From: Neovahlkampfia damariscottae
Lineage: Eukaryota
Assembly: GCA_016618085.1 (NCBI GenBank)
Contig: JABLTG010000010.1
Coordinates: 186,001-230,846, forward strand
Direction of reading: 5' to 3'
Length of the DNA: 44,846 nt
In this document: piece by piece, positions 11,501-24,025 of the stretch
Layout of the letters: each line of letters begins with the position of its first letter
Position numbering within the stretch: position 1 is the stretch's first letter
Notes under the pieces: model-generated
The model's database searches: none
The model's input: the letters and a program-made list of their open reading frames with translations, nothing else
Told to the model about the DNA's origin: nothing
Program-made: the position numbers and the translations under genes

Positions 11501-14500
11501 AAAAGAACGCTTTTCAACATTGCAAGTGAATATATTTCTAGATTCTGGTTTCAATTGAGCCTTTGAAAGTGTCGCAGTATCACCATTTGATTCTGATTTA
11601 CAAAAAACTTCTCTTGATAAAATTAAATCTTCTTTCAATTCCAACGTGACAGAAGTTGTTAAAAATCCATTTCCATTGATTTTATGTCCTTGAGCAAATG
11701 GATAAACTGAAAGAGTTTTAATTTCATTTAAAAAGTAAAATTCTGTGTTATTATTTTGATTTTTAGAATACTTCAAAGGTTTGTTTGTTAAAGGTGATTT
11801 GATTCTAATATTAACATAATCCGAAAATGGATAGATTAAAGATGTAGTAATCGAACAGTCAAAGCTTTTCCCATTTAGACTCGCTGATACAACAGTTCCA
11901 TTGAATTCACATTGATATTGAGCCTTTGCACCATAAATGTCAGCAATACTGACATCTGTTAAAAGTGAAATTTGACGTGTTTTTGAAACTGATGCAAAAG
12001 GTGAAACAGAAACAGCATTGATATAATCAATGAATAAAACATCAACTTCATTGCTTGAGATCAAAATTTCTTCACGATAAGCTGAAGAATCTTTGTACCA
12101 TAATGTGAGGACGTCTGTTGATCTGATAGTTGAACTTACTTCGCAAATGTATTCAGTTGGTTTTGTGATATCATAATACGTTTTCACATAACTTGTTCCT
12201 AATTTACATTGAACACGAGGTTTTTGATCTGTTAATAAATTAACATCAATTTGAAGCACAACAGTCATATTTGTCAAAGTGTTCAGGTATGCAATATTGT
12301 TGGAATTTGATTCAAAAACTATTGGTGATTTTTTCAAAACAGTGAATTTTTTGATTTGCGAAATTAAAAACATTGATCTAAATTCTATACTCTTTAAATT
12401 TCTATAATACAATTGAATATCATATGTTCCTGATTCTTCAAGTCCAACCAATGGAGTCAATGAAGTTGTAATGTTTATAGTATTTTGCACTGCTCCCAAA
12501 TTAATATCTTTACGTTCATTTGCAGCAGGTGCGAATACTAAAAACAATGAACCCTCTTTGATCGAAACTTCTTTGTTCATGACAAAATTAAATGGAATAG
12601 TTGTGTCAACAATTGAAATTACTTGAGGATGATATGATAATATTTCACGAGCTTCATAGAATATCCATGGAACAGATAAGTTAACCGTGATAGCAGGATT
12701 TGTGAAAGTCATTGCGTATGAGTTGAATATTGGAACTTCAGATGTTGAAACAGCAGGTGAAGTACAATATAAAGATGAAACTTTTTTTACACAATCAAAT
12801 ACATACTTATCTTTGATAGAATCAAGTTGAAATGTCACATTTGAAACAACACGATTGTATTCCAATATGATGACTGACTGATTTCCAGTTGGGTACCCAT
12901 AAGAAGGTGTGAAATAATCAGAGCTGATAACTTTAAAAGTTTCGTCGATGGTAGTCAACTTTCTTTCAATTCCTTTTGCTTTCATCCAAATACTGATATA
13001 AAACGTTTCTTCCAATTCCGAAAGAACATCACAAGTAAACACTCCGTTTGTACTAGATGTTGCATTTGCTACTGTAGCATATCTGGAACTATTAACACCA
13101 TATTTGCAGTTGAATTCAGTTCCAACACCATAATCAAATCCTGTGGATGGAAATGCTGTACGAATGGTCAATGATGTGGTACGATTCAAGATAACAGCAA
13201 CAGGAGAAAGACCAGTAATTAATGATGGTGTAGCAAAAATAACTTCTAATGAATTGTTTGATAATTGAAATTGGTAATTGTCTTGCTTATACCATAAAGT
13301 TAAATCTTTTCTTCCACCAACTGTTGTTCGAAGAATTGTATCAAAAACATGAGTATTCCCATACAATGCCGTGAGATTAGTTGAAATTCCATAACCAGAA
13401 GAATCAGAGAGTTTCACTTGAATATATTCTGTCAAATGTGATGGAATCATTGTGCTGATGTTCACTTGAAATAGTGCAAATGTTGAGGTATAAAAGAATT
13501 GAACTTGTGATGATTTTGAAAACGATATATCAGCTGCTTTTAAGAAATACACAATCTCATTGGATTCATTCTTTGTAATAAATATTTCTTTGTTTGCAGA
13601 TAATGAAGGGGCTTTGAAAAATGATTTCAATTGTATTTGAGTTGATTTGTGATCATTGAATACGACTGTACATTTCATAGAAGCAAAATCAACAACTGTA
13701 GCTAATTGTGAAGAATTTGTTCCATATCTGCAATAAAACTCTGGACTTTGTGGTAATGATGATTGTAATGCATTTGCATCAAAAGTTGAAGTCAAATTGA
13801 CATCCGTTCCAAACAAAGCAGCCAAAGGGAATAAATTTGATATTTCATGATTTTCATATAAAATTAATCCTTGAGAAACAACAACAATATCAATAAAAGG
13901 ACCATTCAAATTGTATTGTAATCTAAAATTCGAAGAAAATATATCTGCTGATTTCAAAGGAACTGAATTCTTCATACAAGAAATTACTCCGCCTCCATCA
14001 ACCGTGCATGAAAAAATTTCACCATCAGTGGAAATCACTCGATAAGTATAAGATCTGTATTTCAAAGGAACAACAAATGATCCAGAATTTTTCTTTTCAA
14101 TAGCAAGTGATGTCGAATCTGGGAATGTAGCAAATTCTGGAACAAATTTGAGACTCACCATTTGAATTGTTGAATCTGATGTTGATATAATTCCTCCTAA
14201 ACCATTGACAGAACTATCATTGATGAAGAACGAAACTCCAACAACTTCATCTATTCCACGTGAATTAAAGGAGCAAGTAAAAATATTTTCGTTTGAAGCA
14301 TCTTTTGTAATTGGAATGTCTTCTGAAAATACTCTACAAAAGTATGAATAACTTGGATGAAGTTTTTTAGTGACATTGAATGTTGCAGTGAATTTTGAAC
14401 TTGAATGAGTTTTACTATCTCCAACAAATGGTAATTCTGAGTTAAAAGTGATATTGTCTTTGAAATAATTTGCTGAAACAGAGAAAATTGAAGTTTCATT

Positions 14501-17500
14501 GAAATATGAAGAAAAAACTTCCATTTGATAATCTAGTTTCATTGGTGTATGAGTCAAAGATAAATCTGAAATATAGCATTTTGGTTTTGTCGATTTGAAT
14601 TCACATTGAATATATTTTGTCGGATTTGAATTTGAAAATTCAGGGATCAATTTTACTCTATAAGAATCATAACTTACTTTCTGTTCAAGATTTGGATCTG
14701 AAAAATTCAATGAATAGTTTTGAAACAATAATTCTGGAATAATTGTCAAAGGTGTTTCAAATTGAATTGGTTCTTTGAAGTATACATAACTTAAATTATT
14801 TCTCGAAAGAATGAAATTCAAATTAGTTTCTTCTGTTGAAGCATTCATATAAAGATCAAAAACAACATTCTCTGCATTTGTGTTCAAATTTGTAACTTCC
14901 ATAAAACAAGAAACTTGAGATGAATTCCCAGAAACATATGAAGCTTTTGAATACCGAATTATTCCATTATGATTATATTTACAAAATAATCCAGAATCAG
15001 TGAACAAATTAGAAGCTGTGTGAATTTTGATAGTTGAATTTTTTGATGTTATTTCATTGCTAAATCTATCAACAAATGGATAGAGAACTGTAGTTGTGAC
15101 CAAATTCATAAATATAAATTGAATTGTATTTACACTTGCCAAAACATAATCGTTTGAAGGTGTATAAACAGCCCAAATTGCAATATTGATTTTTTTTCCT
15201 GATGAAGCAAAAATATTTGATTTGATCAAATTTCCAGTGAAAGAAGCTTCAAAATCTGTTGAATCATATCTCACAACAAATTTAACTTTTCCAAAATAAT
15301 CAACAGATTTGTAATCGTTCCATAAAGTGATTGTTGAATTTGTTACTAAAGCAGCAACAGGATCAATTTTTGAAACTGAAAATTGTTTCAAAAATCCAAA
15401 AAACAAAGTGTTCGTGTTCAATGTAAGAATAGTATCAGCTGGAGTAGTTACAGTTGGAGTTGCTGAATAAGTAGTTCCTGAAGTAACTGTTATTGCAACA
15501 GCATCATTATTCCCAAAGAAAACTGAATAATCATCGATTGTGCCAGTTTTAGATTCTTGAATTGGGAATGAAATTGTTGTCAAAGCAGTGTTGCAACCAA
15601 CTATATTTCTTCTAATCTCTATTCCTTTGAATGTCACAACAACATCTTCACAATTTGATTTCATTTCTCCAAAAGAAATTAATGATTGACTATTGATCAA
15701 ATATTTCAAGTAAAAGTTGGTAGAGATAGTGAAAGTAAATGAATATTTGAGATTGTGTTGATTCAAGAAAGTATTGTGGATATCTTTCACTTTGTAAGCT
15801 CCCAAATTTTTGAATTTCAATCCAAGCGCTGCGTAACCTGCATTTGTTGAAAATATAGAGCTGTTGTAAATGGTTGTGCTTGGAGCAGAAGTTAGAACAG
15901 TTGTACCATTAAAACTACCAAAAACTCTTTCTTTCAAGTGTTCAGGGATTAACGTTGTATCTAATTTCATCAATGCTTGATATTGAGTGTCTGTATTTCC
16001 AAATTGTTTGCTTGATGCATCAAATGAAATAGTTCCAATTTTCAAGAAATATAATGAAATGATATTTGATGATAATTTTGATCTAAATCCAAATGTATCA
16101 CGATACCAAAATGTTAAATTTCTGTGAACTTCTGAAGTGATATTACATTGAAATTCGTTTGATGAAAATTGAATCGCTTTGTATTGACTTCCATCTTCCA
16201 ATTGACATTCAATTGAATCAACAAGTTCTGAAGGAATATTGTTAACATATGAAAAAGGAAATGCATTCAATCCATTCAATGATATAATTGATCCAGATGG
16301 GTAAATCTTGTTTGGTTGGAAGATATAAAACTCAAATGGTTTTTCATTCAAGATCATTTTAAAGCTTCCAACAACTGCATAAACATTCATTGTTAATGTT
16401 TCAGTATTTGAAGATTGGATATTTTGACAACTAATTGTTGTTGAATTAATTGCTACTGCAGTATAATTTGTGGTTTGTGAAAGACAAAAATAGTTCACAT
16501 CTTCAGTTGAAGATAAAGTTGAAGAATTGAAAGTTATCAATACATTTGTATTTATACCTGATAAAGCTGCAGTAGGATAAATTTGTGAAATTGAATTCTT
16601 TTTGTAAAATACTGTTTGTATCGTTGAAATAACAACAAATCCATCATTGAATGACAAAGGAATAACCAAAATATCTCCTGGATAAGTCACCAAGTCAGAT
16701 TTTGTGCAACTTTGGATATTTCCAGATAAAAATGTGCATGGAATATCAATTGAATACAAAGTATTGTTCAATTTATATGAAACAGATGGTTTCCCAGGTA
16801 ACAAATTTCCTGTTGAATCAGTAATAGCAATACTTCCAGCATAAGAATGATAAATTTCAGGGGTTGTGAGTTTCGGATCAACTAACCAATATGATGCTGA
16901 ATTTATCGAAATATTATGAGTTTGAGTTGATTCATATAAAATAATCTTCTTTTCACCAGTATTAGGAGCATTTAGTGGAATTGTACAATAAATTTCTGTT
17001 CCTGAAGTAGAAACGGGTATTGAGGTTACAAAAATTCCTTCATTGAAAATACCGCATTTTACATTTTGAAAAGGTAATTTTCTATAACGTGTGATATTTT
17101 GGTCACAAGTCAACACTATAGTTTGTGATTTCCCAGTGTTATCTGAATATATTAAATGTCTATCAGATGATAAAATGTTTGTATAAGGTAAATTTACAAT
17201 CATCATATCTGTTGAAATTCTTTCACTCAAAGTTGAATTGTATTTCCATGAAAGTGTTAAATATTGGTCAATATCAGATAAGTATTGGTTTCTTGGACAT
17301 GAAACAAATGATTCAAAAATTGAAGCTGAATCTTTTGCAAATTCTTTTGAAACTGATCCATCTAATTTAGTTGAGACACAATGCACTTCAGCATCATCTA
17401 AAATGTTCTTACATTCCGAAAGTACTGAAGTTGAATAATTCAAACGAAGGCTAGTTTCATGAGGCAACATAATATAATTATTCAAATTTAATTGAAGTTT

Positions 17501-20500
17501 TTTGCAAGCATTTGAATCCAATTGATCACACCAATAAGATTTCTGGTGGTTCTTTGTTGACACACCAAATTGTTTAGTCAACCAAGTTGATGGATAAACT
17601 CCACAACCACTATTTCCTTCCATTGATATCATTTGAAAATTTGAAAAATAAGTTGACAAAACTTCATAATGTGTTCCTGAATTTGAAATTTGATTGTAAC
17701 TAAGATTTAAACTTTTGATAGTCGATGGAAGAATAGAATCCAAAACTGTTGAACACCTGAGTTTGTTTGTTGATAAATCAAGTGTAATTAAAGCAGTGAA
17801 ATTGAGCATGTTTGGTATTTCTCCAGAAAATCCTTCATTGCTAAAAGATAGTTCTGTAATTCTAAATTCACTGTCGCATGAAACTTTGCTTGATCCAAAA
17901 CCTTTGTTACAATAGCAAGATGGACCTGCATCAATACAAATTTTCAAATCTGTCATGTTCGTTTTACAGCCTTCTGATGAGTTGCATACTTTCTCAACAA
18001 ATTGAAAAAGATCAGAAAATTGACAATTGTTTCCAAAATATGATGGTTGACAAACACAACTGTCTGGAGCGGTACAATTTCCAACTCCTGAACAAACTTG
18101 ACTTGTTGAAGAATCTATTCCAAAGCAAATATTATTTTGGCATTCATTTCCAGCATACCCTGCATTACATGAACAGTTATTTGGTGAAACACAAGATCCT
18201 CGAATAATACTTGTACATGATGAACTAATGTTTGATGATTTTCCATAACAAATTGGGAATTGACAATCATTTCCATCATATTCAGAAGAGCAGTTACAAA
18301 CATTTGGTGAAATACAAGATCCATGAGATGAACAAACGGAACTGAAGCTGTTTGAGATTCCATTACAAATTGTGAATTGACAATCAGCTCCATCATAAAA
18401 CTGGTCACAAGTACAATTATTTGGTGATAGGCAAGATCCTCTAGAATTACAAACAGATGTGTTGGTTGAATTAATTCCCTTACAAGATGCAAATTCACAA
18501 TTTATACCAGACCAAAATGTATCACATTGACAAACTTCAGGACTTGTACAATTACCATTTCCAGAACAAACAGATTCACTCAATCCACTAATTCCTTGAC
18601 AAACAGGAGAATTACAATCATTTCCTGACCATTGAGAAGTACAATTGCAAGTATTTGGACCAGTGCAAGAACCTTGTGGATAGCTGCAATTATTTGTCGG
18701 TTCACAATGAAATGTGCTACAATTTGTATTTTTCCATCCAATTAAGCAGGAGCAATTATTAGCACCAACACAGAACCCATTTGAATTACAATCAGCCACA
18801 CCTACACAGGCACTTTCTTCGCATTGAGCTCCTGAATAACCAGCAGATACACAAGTACATGTATCAGGAGCAGAACAAATACCTCTTTTGTTTGTACAAA
18901 CAGTTGGATTTGTTGAAACAATTCCATAGCAAACAGGAAGGGAACAATTTGATCCTGAATATTGTGAACTGCAAGAACAATTATTTGGCCCTTCACAACT
19001 TCCATGTCCTGAACAAGAGTTTCTATCTGCGCATGTGAAAGTTTCACAATTGTTTCCAGTCCATCCACTTTGGCAAACACAATTGTCAGGGGCTGTACAA
19101 GAACCATGAGAACTGCATACTGTTGAATCATTTGATGATATTAAATTACAAATATTAAATTCACAATTTGCTCCAATGTATCCTGAATTACAAAAACATT
19201 GTTCTTTTCCAATACAACTTCCAAGTGCGCTACATACTGAAGATTGATTTGATAGCTGTCCATTGCAAGTATAGATATTACATTGATTTCCAAAATAGCC
19301 AGAATTACATTCACAATTGTTTGGTGAAGTACAAGTACCATTTCCAGAACAAACTGAATTAGTTTCTGTGGATCCCACACCAAAACAAACAGGATGTTGA
19401 CAATTGTTTCCAGTATATTCACTGTTGCAAGTACAAGTATCAGGACCAATACAACTTCCTTGACTACTGCAGACAGAAGTATCATTTGCAAGTTTTCCAA
19501 AACAAACTGGAACTTCACATTCATTTCCAACAAAATTAGATGCACATGAGCATAATTCATGGGAAATACACGTTCCATTAGATCCAGAGCAAGCAATAGG
19601 ATCTGTTTTTCCATAGCACATTGGTGTTTGACATTCATTTCCTGTGTAACCAGCATTACAAACACAGCGATCAGGATTTTGGCAATATCCGTGACCACTA
19701 CAAACAGAAGCATTATTAGCAAGTGTTCCAAAACAAATAGGAAATTGGCATTCATTTCCACCAATTCCTGATACACATAAGCATGTATCTGAAGAGGTAC
19801 ATGTTCCATTGACACCTGAACAAGCAAGAGGATCTATTTTCCCATGACAGATTGGAGTTTGACATTCATTTCCAGTATATCCAGAAGAACATGCGCAGTT
19901 GTCAACATTTGAGCAAACACCATTTCCACTACAAACTGAAGCATTGTTTGAAGCGATGCCATAGCATAATATAAGTTGACATTCGTCTCCAGTGTGCCCA
20001 GTTTTACAAGAGCAAGTATTTGGCTGTGTGCATGTACCATTTTCAGAAGAACAAGAAGTTGGTTCAACTTTACCATAACAAATTGGAGTTTCACAATTGT
20101 TTCCTTGATATCCTGAATTGCAGCTACAACTATCTACAGATGTGCAACTACCATGAGATGAACAAACATTAGCATCATTTCCAGCAATACCAAAACATCT
20201 TGGATATTGACAATTGTTTCCAGCATAATCAGATCCACAAGAACAAGTATCAATTCCAGTACATGTTCCATTTCCGCTGCAAACTGCAGCATTATCACCA
20301 GATATTCCATTACAAACAAAATATTGACATTCGTTTCCAGTATATCCTGTGTTACAACTGCAAGTATTAGGTCCAGTACAGGTGCCGTGTGAAGAACAAA
20401 CAGTACCCACTGTTCTTTCTGTACCAAAGCAACTCCAAGTTTGGCAGTATTTTCCAGAATATCCAGTTTCACAATTACAATTATCCAGTTTCATTTCTGT

Positions 20501-22092
20501 AAACGGAAATATGGTGTAAACTTGATTTGTTGAACAAGATCCATGGTCATTACAATATCCTTTGAATCCTTCAAAATTTACAACCTCAAACTTTACTGTT
20601 GTGTCAGTGTCTTTTGAATGATGTGTTAATCCTCCATAAAATGGCTCAGATAATACAATATTTTGTTCACCAATTTTTGTGTAAGTTCCTCCACTTGTGG
20701 ATTTATACCAACAAGAAATAGTGTTTCCTTCTTTAATCAATTTAGCATAATGTTTATCGTTTCCAGTTAAATAAGCTGTGTCTAACTGTACAAGACGTTC
20801 ATTTATTGATGTTGTTTGACGAGTTGGTCTGTAGAAAAAATTAACAGGTTTTTTTCTTGGAATTTGACAAATAGCAGTGACTGGATAAATATCAAAAGAG
20901 TTTGAAACATCTTCTCTTAATCCAATTCCACCAGCAGCTTTATCATCACCTGTTAATTCAGTAATTTCAACAGTGATTGTTCCATTTCCGCTGAGTTTTT
21001 TATAACTGAAAAGAAAAGCGTCATTGTCCAGTTCTTTGTCATAAGTTTCTTTCATATTAGATTCCAAAAGCACACTTGTTGAATCAACCGTAAATTTAGG
21101 ACGAAAACCATTCAAATTATTTTCATCACCAAAAGATGCAATGATACTTTTCCTCCATTTATTATCACCGCACTCATTCCAAGCATCTTTTGTTTAAAAA
21201 GAATAAAAAAAAAAAAAAAAAATACCAATGTTTGCACAACCTCCTCCTCCGTATTTGTATTCTTGAGCGGAAGAACAACCTGTTTGAAAGCCTTTGAACC
21301 TCAAATCTGTTACATACCCAAGATCATTGTTGTCTTCTGGATCAAAAGCTATTCCATAATATAAACTCTATAAAAAGTTATGCTTTTTTTTTCAAACTGT
21401 TGGCAAACTTATTGTGTATGAATAAAGTAAAGTCCATGTTTCTCTGTCGTCTGATTGGTATGCTGAAAAAATATCACCACTTCGAGTGAACCTACAAAAA
21501 AAAATGTTAGTCTCTTTTTTTTTTACTTGATATATCCATGATAAATACCATCCAAAGATGGATAATTAATTGGTGTTACAGTTGGATTTGTAGCTACAGT
21601 TTGACGGTATAAAAATTTATGTGGTTCTGTTATCGTTGGTTTTGCATATTTAATTTCATTTTTAAGTGCCATGGCAACCATTTCTGAATCAGAGGCTAAC
21701 GTTTTGCGAACCTTATTTTCAAAATTTAAAAAAAAACAAAAACTACCATCACAGCCAAATAAACATGTTGACTTTTATCTGTCGAAGAAAAAGCGTTGTT
21801 TGTAGTTCTACCTACTCGAACAGTTACTTCTCCGTCACCTGTTAATTGCTGAATGTTTAGTTTGATATTTTTTAATTACCCAGTTCACGTAACAGATAGA
21901 ATCATCTACTTTATTTCCAAGGTATCTATTTCCATCCTTATCAGATCCTTGTATAGTTATAACGTTTCCACTTTCTGATTTCGAACATCCAGTAACACTA
22001 CCCATTGTAGATATAACTGAGTTCATGTTATCCAGTGTATACGTTGTCTTCATTACAGTCAATAGTATGAAGAAGAAAATAAAAACCTTCAT
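5531..22092 (-). CDS. Giant (~5463 aa) multi-pass membrane protein: signal peptide, two ConA/DUF1349-like domains, ~22 EGF-like repeats, LRRs, DUF2341-like domain, many IPT/TIG-like repeats, Cys-rich ephrin-receptor-like repeats, multi-TM region, charged cytoplasmic tail
   Basis: Signal peptide MKVFIFFFILLTVMKTTYT at 22092. Introns 21849-21879, 21712-21746, 21492-21526, 21368-21397 and 21187-21225 join it in frame to the 5194-aa ORF; the spliced length 16392 nt is divisible by 3. Motifs read directly in the translation. Confidence 0.9.
18020..20555 (-). repeat. Tandem array of ~22 EGF-like (tenascin/teneurin-type) coding repeats
   Basis: Repeated C-[FY]-G-x5-8-VCS-x-[HN]G-x-C-x4-5-C-x-C-x2-GY-x-G-x2-C units, counted by eye. 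Confidence 0.9.
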
Positions 22093-22135
22093 GTCAGATT
22101 GAAAAAAAGTGGTTTAAAAAAGTAAGAATCACCCT

Positions 22136-22157
22136 ATTGGTTGAATATTAATCCAAT
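22136..22157. promoter_or_regulatory. Inverted CCAAT dyad in the divergent promoter between the giant gene and the carrier
   Basis: ATTGG-N12-CCAAT; a further ATTGG at 22258. Confidence 0.6.
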
Positions 22158-22293
22158 CAGAGTGTTGACAGATGTAGAAAGAGAAAGTTTTTTGTGTATT
22201 TTTCTGATAAATATGGAAAAATTATGTTCTTAATTATTCATGCAAAAATAGGTTTTTATTGGTCAAATTGAAAAACGTTTTTCTCTGTCTTTG

Positions 22294-23635
22294 ATGGACG
22301 AAAAAAAAATTAAAAAAATATTTGATGAATTGGACTTGGATAAAACAGGAAGAATATCCAGATCAGAATTTAAAGAATTCATGATTAAAGAAATAAAACA
22401 TTCAACCTTGGCTGACTTTGAAAAGAAATCAAACACTTTATTCAACTCTGCAGATTTAAACCACAACAACTTCATAGAATTTGAAGAATTCTATAATATC
22501 ATGCTAAACGCAAAATTAGTCAAAGATCAATTCAACAAGCATGATGTTTATGAAAACTGGGAAAAGTTCAGTTTAAAACCACAAGTACATCCTCTCATAT
22601 ATCAAAAGAATGATGATAAGGCATATCAAATTATGCTTTCAAATATTACAGGAACTTTAATCACAAGGTTAACAAAATCAAAATTAAATTCCAAAATAGA
22701 ACCTGTATGTCTCCTCTTGAAAGAATCAAAATTTTAAATCAAGTGGAAACATTTCTTGGAAAAGAGATGAATAAAAACATACCAAATTATTCAAAAAGTA
22801 TTTCTCATGCAGTAAAAGTTATCATTGAAAAAGAAGGTTTGTTGAAAAAAAAAATTAAAACTTTATTAGGTTATAGAGGTTTATTTAAAGGAAATTTTAC
22901 CAATATTTTAAGAGTATTTCCTCAAGTCTGTACCAGATTTTACACTTTTTATGTGACCAATAGATTTGTTAAAAAAAACATTACTCAAAACAATTTGGCT
23001 TCAAGTTTAATATCAGGATCTGTCAGCTCTATAGCTGCATTAGTTTCTACTTATCCATTAGAAGTTCTCAGAACTAGATTAGCTGTACAAATAGATCCAG
23101 AGAATCAAAAATACAAATCATTAAAAGATGCCATTCATAAAATACGTATAAATGAAGGATACTCTTCTTTTTTTCGAGGTTTTAATACATCCTTATCAGT
23201 AAGAAAAAAAAAATTAAGAATTTTTTCGAGGGTATTTTATGCCATACAACTTTCAATTTCACAATTTATGAAATATGTCAGCTTTTATTTGAAAGATTTC
23301 AACAATATCCTTTGAATATTTATGAAAAGATTTTCTGTGGTATTTTCTCTGGAACCATGTCGTTATTAATTACACGTAAGATTTTTTTTTTTTATGAATT
23401 TTTTTTTTTACAAGATCCTTTTGATTTAATTAGAAGAAGATTGATGATTCAAGGAATGTATAAAAAAGAGAATTATTACAAGAATGGAATAGATGCTTTA
23501 AAGAATATTATTCAAAGAGAAGGTGTTTTTGGTTTGTATTCTGGTTTAAATCCAAGTTTAGCTAAAGTTATACCATCTTTAACAATATCTTTTTTGATTT
23601 ATGAAATATCAAAAATTTTCGTTGGTAATTTTTAA
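22294..23635 (+). CDS. EF-hand-containing mitochondrial carrier (SLC25 SCaMC / ATP-Mg/Pi carrier-like); 5 exons, ~401 aa
   Basis: EF-hands DLDKTGRISRSE and DLNHNNFIEFEE. Three Px[DE]xx[KR] signatures: PLERIK, PLEVLR, PFDLIR. Introns 22668-22699, 22837-22869, 23199-23230, 23376-23414. Confidence 0.88.
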
Positions 23636-24025
23636 TTTATTTTATATTTTCTTCAGAGGAGCAATTTGATCAGGAATATTAATTAATTCAAATTAATTCA
23701 AAAGAAAATAAAACTAAAAAAGAATTGAATCAGAGATCTTGACATTTTTGTTGGGGAGTATACTTGAAAAACATGATTTATTTTTTTCATTAACATAAAA
23801 AAATTTATTTATTTTTTGCTTTTCAGTTAATGTTTTTTTTACTTTAAGATTTTGTTTTTTCCAGAATAGGTGAAAGAGAATGTTTAAAATATCATCTTTT
23901 TAATATAACATTTCCTCATGTTTTCATTCTTTTTTTTCGACCTTTGGACATTTGTATTACCAAAAACCAACAAAAGAGATGATTGGTTAATTTATCCGTT
24001 TTCAACAAACCACAACAAGTCAACA

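Noticed and set aside
18115..20472. Several 60-228 aa alternative-frame and antisense ORFs over the EGF array
   Set aside because: Shadows of the repetitive Cys/Gly/Asn codon pattern; no independent motifs.
22161..22208. Possible second C/D snoRNA (GTGTTGA...CTGA)
   Set aside because: Imperfect C box, too short, no recognisable rRNA guide.
23918..24025. N-terminal extension of the ankyrin ORF
   Set aside because: T-rich, spans the ATTGG promoter motif; ATG 24026 fits better.
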